Shown here piece after piece: positions 27,661 through 35,188 of a stretch of 64,000 nt of DNA. Origin of the DNA: Pseudobdellovibrionaceae bacterium (GTDB lineage Bacteria; Bdellovibrionota; Bdellovibrionia; Bdellovibrionales; UBA1609); the NCBI GenBank assembly GCA_947444305.1, contig CANEZP010000020.1, positions 6,703 to 70,702 of the forward strand. Reading direction: 5' to 3'. The notes under the pieces are model-generated. The model was not told where the DNA came from. It did no database searches and worked only from the letters and a program-made list of their open reading frames with translations. The number at the start of each line of letters is the position of its first letter. Within the stretch, counting starts at the first letter, position 1. The translations under genes were made by a program, and so were the position numbers.

Positions 27661-28738
27661 TTGCTTCGATCCTTTCGACAAACTTTTCGACCAGCGCCCG
27701 CGCGGCGCGCGGATGATGGAAGGTCCGTACCGCCTCGCCCATTTGGCTGAGACGCGCCGGATTCGCTTTGAGATCCAGGATTTGATCACGAAGCCCGGCC
27801 GGTGTCAGATCTTTTTGCACGATCATAATCGCCGCGTTTTTCTTCACTAAAGATTCGGCGTTTTTCTTTTGATGGTCGTCGGCGGCGAAGGGAAACGGAA
27901 TAAGGATGGATGGCTTAGCGCAAGCGGCGAGCTCCGACAACGTGCCCGTGCCCGAGCGGCAAATCACCAAATCGGCTTTTTGATATTGGTGGCCCATGTC
28001 ATGAAGGTATTCACGCAAATCCACTTTCGAAATCGCGTCGCCGTACAAAGCTTTAATCCGTTCGAAATCGGCCGCGCCGGTTTGGTGAATGAACTCGATC
28101 TGCGCGAGTTCGGGGCCGCCGGCCTTGATCATTTCGGCCGCGGCGGTGTTCAGACCGCGCGCCCCCTGACTGCCGCCGAAGATCAAGACGCGGAATTTGC
28201 CGTCGCCCGTTTTCGTCATCGGCATTTCTTCGATCTCTTTGCGAACGGGCATTCCCGCCACGTGGACCACGCCCTTGAGCAGCGCACGGGCTTCATCAAA
28301 AACCACCCAGGCTTCGTCGACAAATTTCGAAAGAATTCGGTTCGCCATGCCGGGCATCGCGTTGGGCTCCCAAATGGCGGTGCGGTATTTGAGCATCGAA
28401 GCCATCAATAGTAACGGGCCCGAAGCGTGACCACCGACGCCGAGCACGAAATCGGGTTTTTCTTTACGCAGGAGCATTATGCTTTTGATCATTGCCCACG
28501 GTAAAAGCAAAACGGTTTTGATTCGCTCGGCTTTACCGACGTTTGAGTTAAGGCGGCCGACCGGCAGATGGTGAACTTTAAATCCCTTAGCGGGAATGAT
28601 TTTATTTTCGAGGCCGTGCGCGGTGCCGACGAATTCAATTTGCACCGCGGGCCGGTAAGTTTGAAAAGCTTCGGCCATGGCGAGGGCGGGATAAATATGC
28701 CCGCCCGTTCCACCCGCCGCGATCAAAATTTTGGACAT
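27647..28738 (-). CDS. murG: undecaprenyl-PP-MurNAc-pentapeptide GlcNAc transferase
   Basis: GGTGGHIYP, GGSQGA, HQTG, DDHQKKNA. Confidence 0.98.
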   Translation of the reverse strand: MSKILIAAGGTGGHIYPALAMAEAFQTYRPAVQIEFVGTAHGLENKIIPAKGFKVHHLPVGRLNSNVGKAERIKTVLLLPWAMIKSIMLLRKEKPDFVLGVGGHASGPLLLMASMLKYRTAIWEPNAMPGMANRILSKFVDEAWVVFDEARALLKGVVHVAGMPVRKEIEEMPMTKTGDGKFRVLIFGGSQGARGLNTAAAEMIKAGGPELAQIEFIHQTGAADFERIKALYGDAISKVDLREYLHDMGHQYQKADLVICRSGTGTLSELAACAKPSILIPFPFAADDHQKKNAESLVKKNAAIMIVQKDLTPAGLRDQILDLKANPARLSQMGEAVRTFHHPRAARALVEKFVERIEANATR

Positions 28739-28750
28739 CTAAGGTGCTTC

Positions 28751-29863
28751 CTATTCAATCTCTTTTTCTCGAAAGTTGAGTGGAACAATAGACTCACGCT
28801 CGAGATTGAGCAACCATCCAATCAACAGTCCGGTGCAGATCAGCGAACTTCCGCCGTAGCTGAGCAAGGGTAAAGTCAGACCCTTCGTGGGCAATAATCC
28901 CAGCGCAACGCCGCAATTAATAAATACCGAAATCGAAAGTAAAAGCGAAAAGCTCAAGGCCATCGCTCGCTCACGGTAGCGTTGTAAATGTAGTGCAATT
29001 TGAAAACCCCGGAACACGATGAAGCCGTAGACCATCATGAGAATAAAAAATCCGATAAAGCCCATCTCCTCGCCGAGTACGGCCAAGGTGAAATCGGTAT
29101 GCGCTTCCGGCAGGAAAAACAATTTGCCTTGGCCCTGCCCAAGTCCGCGCCCGGTTAAGCCACCCGAGTAAAAGCTGAGTAAGCTTTGGATGACCTGAAA
29201 ACCTTTTTCGGCGGGATCGGCCCACGGGTTGATGAAGGCTTCCACCCGCATGCGGCGGTACGGCGTCGACATCACCATGTACGCCAGCGTCGGAATCGCG
29301 AGCGCCGCGCCCGTCACGAGCACGCGCCAACGCAGACCGAAGGCCACGAGCAGACTAAACGCGAGCAGTAAAATAATAACGAAACTGCCGAAATCCGGCT
29401 GCGCCAAAAGCAACGCCAACGGCATGAACGCCGCGCCCACCTTCAACAACCAATTGCGGTCGATGTTACCGCGCGCGTAATCGGCGATGAGCGTCGCGAG
29501 CACAAAAGGATAGGTGACCTTTAGCAATTCGCCGGGCTCGAAACGAAAACCCATCGGCAGATTTAGCCAGCGGTAAGCTCCGCCCACTTTCGTTCCGAGG
29601 CCGGGCACGAATGTCCCGATCACCGCGATGATCGCGACGCCCCACAAGGCCCAGCCCAGCCGCATCGCGTTTTTCCAGCTAATGTAAGATGAGCCGAAAA
29701 CGACGAACACGAACGCGACCGAAAACAAGAGTTGTTTACGAAAGAAAAAAAGCCCATCGCCGTAAACCTCGGTCGCAAAAATATAGCTGGAGCTATAAAC
29801 TTGCACGAGACCCAAACCCACCAGAAAAAACACCGAGAGAAGAATGCCGCGGTCTAAAATCAT
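28751..29863 (-). CDS. ftsW: SEDS peptidoglycan polymerase FtsW
   Basis: GAYRW, QPDFG, LPEAHTDF, LPTKGLTLPLLSYGGSS. Confidence 0.96.
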   Translation of the reverse strand: MILDRGILLSVFFLVGLGLVQVYSSSYIFATEVYGDGLFFFRKQLLFSVAFVFVVFGSSYISWKNAMRLGWALWGVAIIAVIGTFVPGLGTKVGGAYRWLNLPMGFRFEPGELLKVTYPFVLATLIADYARGNIDRNWLLKVGAAFMPLALLLAQPDFGSFVIILLLAFSLLVAFGLRWRVLVTGAALAIPTLAYMVMSTPYRRMRVEAFINPWADPAEKGFQVIQSLLSFYSGGLTGRGLGQGQGKLFFLPEAHTDFTLAVLGEEMGFIGFFILMMVYGFIVFRGFQIALHLQRYRERAMALSFSLLLSISVFINCGVALGLLPTKGLTLPLLSYGGSSLICTGLLIGWLLNLERESIVPLNFREKEIE

Positions 29864-29974
29864 ATCCCTAAAGCTTAGGATCGTTAGAACGGAAAAGGTA
29901 GCCTCCCCGCGGGGCGCAAGGCTAAAGGCCTGCTGCGCTTTTAGCGTCTGCCAAAAGCGCATAAATGCGCAATC

Positions 29975-31750
29975 ATGGCCAAGGTGAGATATTGGTCCAT
30001 CGCCCTTATCGTTGGTTCCTGCCTGGCGGTGTACGGCGTTACGCTCGCCGGCGAATTTTTAGCTTGGGACGACCGGCAGCATTTCTTTTTGAATCCGCAT
30101 CTGGTGGCGGGTGAATTTCAGTTCTTTTGGACGAACGCCTACTACGGATTTTTTGCTCCGGTCACCTACACGGTTTGGACCACGCTCTTCCAGATTTCTC
30201 ACGAGCCTTGGCCGTTTCACCTCCTCAACTTAATCCTTCATACGTGCAACGCCCTTTTTGTTTTTTCACTGATTAAGGCGTTGCTCAAAACCGACGACCG
30301 AACCGCCGCCCTCGGTGCGCTCGTGTTCGCGCTTCATCCGCTACAGGTGGAGCCGGTGGCATGGATTTCGGGCGGCCGGGATCTGATGGCGGCATTCTTC
30401 GGACTGGCCGCGATGCGGACACTGCTAATTGGCTGTCCGGAGGTGCAAATGGCGGGTGGGTTGGCTCTGAATGGACGGAGTTTGTCTGTACAGAGTTCGG
30501 AGGACAGCACTCTGTCTGTACAGAGTTCAAATACACAGACTCTGTCTGTACAGAGTGCGATAGAACAGACTCTGTACAACCAGAGCTCCGATATCCCGAC
30601 TCTGTACAAACAGAGCTCCGAAACCCCCACTCTGTACAAACAGAGTCCGAAAATTCCGACTCTGTACAAACAGATCCCTTTATTCGCCACCGTGCTTTTC
30701 ATCCTCGGGCTCCTCGCCAAACCATCCCTCGCCGCGCTTCCCTTCGCTTTATTCGCCTTCGATGTTTGCCGGGGCCGGACGGCGTTCCGCCGCCGGACAC
30801 TTAGTCTTTGGTGCACGCTCAGCGCCGGATTGTTAGCGTACACCTTGACCCTCCAGGCCCCATATTCCGACCCACGTTTAACGGCGACTTTTTTCGAACG
30901 CGCGCTTGTTGCCATCGATGCCGCCGGTTTTTATTTAAAATCGTTCCTCTGGCCGTGGCCGCTCAGCTTTAGCTACGACCGGCAGATCGCCGAAGTGTTG
31001 AGCGAGAAGTCGTACTTGCGGGCCGCTGTCTTTTTATTTTTAGGCGCGCCCGTCCTCGTGCTTCTTGCATGGAGGTTCGGCAAGATCGTTCCCGCAAGTC
31101 TCGCGTTCGCAGTAGTTTTGCTCCTGTCCACGTTAGGTTTTGTTCCTTTCGCGGGTCAGGTCCAGTCCACCGCTTTTGACCGGTACATGTACCTTACGCT
31201 CGCCGCCGCGGCGCTCGTTACCGCTACCGTTGTTCGCGGGAAAGCTTCGCGCTTCGCGTGCATCGTACTAATCAGCGTGATGGCCGCGCTCAGTTTCTCG
31301 CGGGCGCGCGACTGGCTCAATGATCGCAATTTGAACGAAAGCGCAATCGCGATCAACCCCCGCAATTACATTGCCCTCAATAATCTTGCGATTTACGAAA
31401 TCTCGCAGAAGCAATTCAAAACCGCCGAAATTTATCTGCGCCGGGCTTGGGTGGCGAGACCGAAGCATGCGCTCGCGCCGGCGAACCTCGCGCATGCGCT
31501 TTGGTTGCAGAATGATGTCGGCTCGGTCCTCAAAGAAATTCTGCCGCTGACCGGTGACGAGCACTTTCTCACGTACAATGCGCGTGAGCCCGAATCACTC
31601 GCGCTTATCTTTCGCATGACTGCCCGGGCGTTAACCGCCACCTTAGATCATGACGGCGCCCGGAAAAATTACCTCAAGGCGCTTCACTACGGCGCAAGCG
31701 ACGCCGGTTTGCAATCCGAGTACGGCCTCTACCTGCGTGAGAACCAATAA
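29975..31750 (+). CDS. TMTC-like GT-C membrane glycosyltransferase/TPR protein carrying an in-frame repeat insertion
   Basis: WDD motif, FHLLNLILH, FALHPLQVEPVAWISG, LAKP, DRYMY, C-terminal TPR-like helices. Confidence 0.8.
   Translation: MAKVRYWSIALIVGSCLAVYGVTLAGEFLAWDDRQHFFLNPHLVAGEFQFFWTNAYYGFFAPVTYTVWTTLFQISHEPWPFHLLNLILHTCNALFVFSLIKALLKTDDRTAALGALVFALHPLQVEPVAWISGGRDLMAAFFGLAAMRTLLIGCPEVQMAGGLALNGRSLSVQSSEDSTLSVQSSNTQTLSVQSAIEQTLYNQSSDIPTLYKQSSETPTLYKQSPKIPTLYKQIPLFATVLFILGLLAKPSLAALPFALFAFDVCRGRTAFRRRTLSLWCTLSAGLLAYTLTLQAPYSDPRLTATFFERALVAIDAAGFYLKSFLWPWPLSFSYDRQIAEVLSEKSYLRAAVFLFLGAPVLVLLAWRFGKIVPASLAFAVVLLLSTLGFVPFAGQVQSTAFDRYMYLTLAAAALVTATVVRGKASRFACIVLISVMAALSFSRARDWLNDRNLNESAIAINPRNYIALNNLAIYEISQKQFKTAEIYLRRAWVARPKHALAPANLAHALWLQNDVGSVLKEILPLTGDEHFLTYNAREPESLALIFRMTARALTATLDHDGARKNYLKALHYGASDAGLQSEYGLYLRENQ
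30479..30676. repeat. 7-unit, 30-bp-period array of 18-bp palindromes with 12-bp variable spacers; orientation flips after unit 3
   Basis: Cores start at 30479, 30509 and 30539 (ACTCTGTCTGTACAGAGT; first unit degenerate) and at 30569, 30599, 30629 and 30659 (consensus ACTCTGTACAAACAGAG[C/T]). Confidence 0.9.
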
Positions 31751-31824
31751 GGCACCTTGTACATAATCGCCGAAGCGGAATAAGCGTTTGACCCCGGCGC
31801 AAGGATGCCGCACATACGAAGCTT

Positions 31825-32658
31825 ATGTACATTGGACTTCTGATTCTCACCTCGCTGTTCGCGCCGCTACGAGCTTCGGCGAACGAAACTTTCCGTCTCA
31901 ACTTCTCGCCGACCTGCCGGGATTGGTTGGCGCCGCGGTGGGAGCAAAATATGCGAATGCTCAATAGCATCGTCACCGGATCGGGCGAGATTATTCTCCT
32001 GACCGAAGCGGAACTTTTTCGCTTCGTCGACCTGCCACCCGCGCGGCCGCACCCATATCACCGGAGCGTTTTTGTATTGTTGCCCGCAACCGCTAACCAT
32101 ACCCTGCGGAGCGCGGCGGCCACCTACTCCGACAACCCCACGAAGTATCTCACCTTCGGTCATGATCACCGCTGGCTCGCGACTCATCTGCCAAACGCGA
32201 CGGATGAATTACCTCAGCATCTGCTCGTGCTCAATCATCCAGGAAGCGTTGCGATCGCGCGCCATGAGTTAACGCACGCCGAAGATTTCTCGGAGATCTA
32301 TAATTACGCTTTAGAACGCTTAGGACCCGGCACTAAAAAGACTTTGCTGATCAGAATGAGCGTTTTTCTTCTCATCACCGAACTGCGCGCTTACGCACTG
32401 GAGTTCCGTTTGATGCCGGAGGGCGCACACGCCCGGGACCTCGTCGCGACGGCGGCGTTGATCTTGGAACCGATGATCGAGGAGAGCCGCGCAAGTATTC
32501 CCCCACAAGATTGGGATTCCCTGCTAAACCGCTTGGGCGTAAAGGATCTTTCGCGTGACGGCATCGTTCGGTTATTCCGTTCGAACAGACCCATCCCGTC
32601 GTGGAAGGACATGCTGGACGGACTCGGGCCGGATGTCGTTCAGGAGCTTGAACCTTAG
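31825..32658 (+). CDS. secreted hypothetical protein with HExxH motif
   Basis: Signal peptide; RHELTHAE with downstream TELRAY, a zincin-like arrangement. Confidence 0.6.
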   Translation: MYIGLLILTSLFAPLRASANETFRLNFSPTCRDWLAPRWEQNMRMLNSIVTGSGEIILLTEAELFRFVDLPPARPHPYHRSVFVLLPATANHTLRSAAATYSDNPTKYLTFGHDHRWLATHLPNATDELPQHLLVLNHPGSVAIARHELTHAEDFSEIYNYALERLGPGTKKTLLIRMSVFLLITELRAYALEFRLMPEGAHARDLVATAALILEPMIEESRASIPPQDWDSLLNRLGVKDLSRDGIVRLFRSNRPIPSWKDMLDGLGPDVVQELEP

Positions 32659-32665
32659 CCACTCC

Positions 32666-32700
32666 AAAAAAAACCGGCCCCGTGGACACATCGGGACCGG
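32666..32700 (-). terminator. Rho-independent terminator of the RR-HPF-like operon
   Basis: CCGG...CCGG GC-rich stem preceded on the + strand by A8 (U-tract on the - strand). Confidence 0.7.
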
Positions 32701-32731
32701 CTAGGAATATACATCCCACTTTCGTAATTAA

Positions 32732-33091
32732 TTATAAGGCTAAATCAAAATGACGTGCGCGCGAGCGGCGGTTTAAATCCCGGCGTTGCTCAACCATCTT
32801 TTGCAACTGAGTCTTCACCGCGCCTTCACATTCGGAGATAGTCGACCAGAAGTCTTCGCCGGTTTCTTTGGCAAAGATTTTCCGGTGCAGTGACGGCGAC
32901 CACAACGACATATGAATTTCGAACATGGGCCCACCGAGCTCGCTCGGTCCCGCAACCGCCGAGATGAACAAATCCATCACGAGATCGCGTTCGTTGCCCA
33001 ATTTGCCGAACCTTTGCGCGACCGCTTGGCGAACGATGCCTTCGAAGTCAGGTTCGATATCGAGATGGCGAATGTGCGTACGTACTAACAT
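32732..33091 (-). CDS. HPF/RaiA (S30AE)-like protein
   Basis: Pattern I-RHLDI...helix...strands...IFAKETGEDFWSTI..C...VKTQLQK resembles HPF (RH-E...A-A...DLY-AID...L-RQL-K). Confidence 0.6.
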   Translation of the reverse strand: MLVRTHIRHLDIEPDFEGIVRQAVAQRFGKLGNERDLVMDLFISAVAGPSELGGPMFEIHMSLWSPSLHRKIFAKETGEDFWSTISECEGAVKTQLQKMVEQRRDLNRRSRARHFDLAL

Positions 33092-33139
33092 AAATCCCCC
33101 TAAAAAAATTTGAGTTAACGTTAAATTAAAAGCTATAAC

Positions 33140-33445
33140 CTAAAAACGATTTCCTGCCGACCAGCTACGAACCTTCTCCCACGCTTGGTTCAGCGCCCTT
33201 TCGGAAGCGATGAACGGGCTGCGCGAAGTTGAGTTCAGCACAAACTGCAAACCTTCCGAAGCCAGCGCCATGGCGACCTTGAACTGATCGCCCACCCGCG
33301 AGATATGCACGAGTAAGGTGCTGTCGGACGGCGCCCTCTGCAGCAGGCGTTCGGCATCAAGCTGCATCGATTGGGTTAGATCTTCACCGATCGCTAACCG
33401 GCTTACGTCGGTCTCGACGATCATCTTCATGTTCTCGAGATTCAT
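33140..33445 (-). CDS. small HPF-fold-like hypothetical protein
   Basis: 101 aa with a beta-alpha-beta-beta-beta-alpha pattern (APSDS...FKVAMAL...FVLNSTSRSPFIASERAL...VRSW). Confidence 0.45.
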   Translation of the reverse strand: MNLENMKMIVETDVSRLAIGEDLTQSMQLDAERLLQRAPSDSTLLVHISRVGDQFKVAMALASEGLQFVLNSTSRSPFIASERALNQAWEKVRSWSAGNRF

Positions 33446-33447
33446 AA

Positions 33448-33924
33448 TTAATTTCCTCCCTGGCGCGCGAGTTCGAGAATGTCATCGACGACTTCTACGC
33501 ATCGCTTAGCCGAAAGTGGTTTCTGTAAAAACACGGGACAGCCAAAATCTAAACTCATCAATAAATTATCTTTCGACAACGGCGCGCCGCTGACGAAAAT
33601 GAAGTTCGCGACTTCTTCGCCGTAACGATTCCACAGGTCCACGCCCGTGCCGGTGCCTTCCAAGAACACATCGGCGATCACGAGATCGTAGGGCCGGCCC
33701 ATGCGGTAGCGCGAGCGAATCATTTCCTCAGCTTCTTCTTCGGTCGCCGCCCAATCAATCTTCGGAGTGGTTCCGTGAAGCGAAAACACCTTTTCCCAAA
33801 ACGGCCAGAAGGCGCGGTCATCCTCGACGACCAGTACGCTCGGGGCTTCGCGCCCGACCAGACGAAGGATAGCTTCCTTCGGTTGGATAGTAATTTCGGG
33901 TTGTTTGATCATTGTTGTTTCCAT
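33448..33924 (-). CDS. single-domain response regulator
   Basis: VLVVEDD, DLVIADVFL, FVSG, FLQKP. Confidence 0.85.
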   Translation of the reverse strand: METTMIKQPEITIQPKEAILRLVGREAPSVLVVEDDRAFWPFWEKVFSLHGTTPKIDWAATEEEAEEMIRSRYRMGRPYDLVIADVFLEGTGTGVDLWNRYGEEVANFIFVSGAPLSKDNLLMSLDFGCPVFLQKPLSAKRCVEVVDDILELARQGGN

Positions 33925-33980
33925 AACTCTCTCCCTGTTCCCAGTTACCTGTTGGCGTTCATGATTATTTATCGGGGCGA

Positions 33981-34011
33981 GGTTTCAAACTGGATTGAAG
34001 GCGGATTGAAG
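33981..34011. promoter_or_regulatory. 11-bp-period direct repeats (OmpR/PhoB-type box candidate) in a divergent promoter
   Basis: GGATTGAAG at 33992 and 34003, with a degenerate GGTTTCAAA at 33981. Confidence 0.55.
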
Positions 34012-34042
34012 ATATCGCAACATCTGTTAGTCTCATCCTGAG

Positions 34043-34735
34043 ATGGCCAAACTCCTCTGCGTCGAAGACACCAAAGAATTCCAGATCTATTTGGGGAGCA
34101 TCCTGAAAGAGCACACGCTCACGTTCGCCGGCTCCGTCGCCGAAGCGATCCAGGTCGCGTCGGGCGGCGGAGAAATGTTCGACTTGATTCTGTTAGATAT
34201 CTCACTTCCCGACGGCAACGGGATGAAGGTCTTGCCGCAACTCAAAGAGTTTTTCCAGGCCCGTCCGATTCCGATCATCGTCCTCAGCTCAGACGACGAC
34301 ATCCTCACGAAAGTCGCCGCCTTCGGCATCGGGGCCGATGACTTCGTGGCCAAACCGCCCAACCCTAGCGAACTGAAAGCGCGCATCGAGGCGCGCCTAC
34401 GTTGGGCGAATTCACAACCGTCTCGCAAGAGCCGGCTGAGCGTAAAGGATCTCACGGTCGATCTCGAAAAAATGGCGGCCGAAATCACGCTCGACTCAGG
34501 ACTACACTTGGCGCTTGAACTCACACCTTTCGAATTCAAAATTCTAACTTTACTGATCGGCAGGCCCGGCCAGGTTTTCTCGCGCGACCAGATTATCGAA
34601 CGCGTTTGGGGCCACGGTAAACACATCACCGCGCGCACCGTCGACGCCCACGTCAGTCACCTGCGCAAAAAATTAATAAAGAGCGCGGTGCAAATCGATA
34701 CCGTCCTCAGCGCCGGCTATAAAATCTGCGCTTAA
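34043..34735 (+). CDS. OmpR/PhoB-family DNA-binding response regulator
   Basis: VED, LLDISLPDG, GADDFVAKP, LTPFEFKIL, RTVDAHVSHLRKKL, GY. Confidence 0.93.
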   Translation: MAKLLCVEDTKEFQIYLGSILKEHTLTFAGSVAEAIQVASGGGEMFDLILLDISLPDGNGMKVLPQLKEFFQARPIPIIVLSSDDDILTKVAAFGIGADDFVAKPPNPSELKARIEARLRWANSQPSRKSRLSVKDLTVDLEKMAAEITLDSGLHLALELTPFEFKILTLLIGRPGQVFSRDQIIERVWGHGKHITARTVDAHVSHLRKKLIKSAVQIDTVLSAGYKICA

Positions 34736-34742
34736 TAAAACG

Positions 34743-35165
34743 TTAGCTTAGAAGATATTTACCCAGCCCGGGGCAGCAGGCCGCGATGGTGGTTTTTATT
34801 TCGGCGCCTAGCTTTTCGAAGTTTGCGATGCCATCGGCGAAAGACGCAGGGTCCGGATTTCGCCGAAGGCCCCCGTCGAGATCACGCCCTTGCCGCCCCA
34901 ACCCCACGAACCCGAGCAGCTCGGCCGAGCCGGCGACCTTGTGAAAAACCCGGCACAGGATATTCACATCTTCGGCGGCGGCGACATCGACCAGCGCCGC
35001 GGCCAGCGTTTGGTCGAAACGCGCGAGGATATTGAGGACCGTCTTTTCGTCCGTATCTTCGAGCAGAGTCAAAAATCTTTCGCGCTCGAAACCGGGCCGC
35101 TTTTCCATCGCGAGATAGAGATTCTTTAACTCGACATCATGAAGATCAGGACCGGCGTTTCCCAT
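34743..35165 (-). CDS. Hpt histidine phosphotransfer protein
   Basis: FHKVAGSAELLG motif, all-helical, 140 aa. Confidence 0.8.
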   Translation of the reverse strand: MGNAGPDLHDVELKNLYLAMEKRPGFERERFLTLLEDTDEKTVLNILARFDQTLAAALVDVAAAEDVNILCRVFHKVAGSAELLGFVGLGRQGRDLDGGLRRNPDPASFADGIANFEKLGAEIKTTIAACCPGLGKYLLS

Positions 35166-35188
35166 AGATTCATATATACTAAATTAAT

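Noticed and set aside
30479-30676. CRISPR array
   Set aside because: Repeats (18 bp) and spacers (12 bp) are too short, spacers are partly related, orientation flips mid-array, it lies in frame in a CDS, and no cas genes are present.
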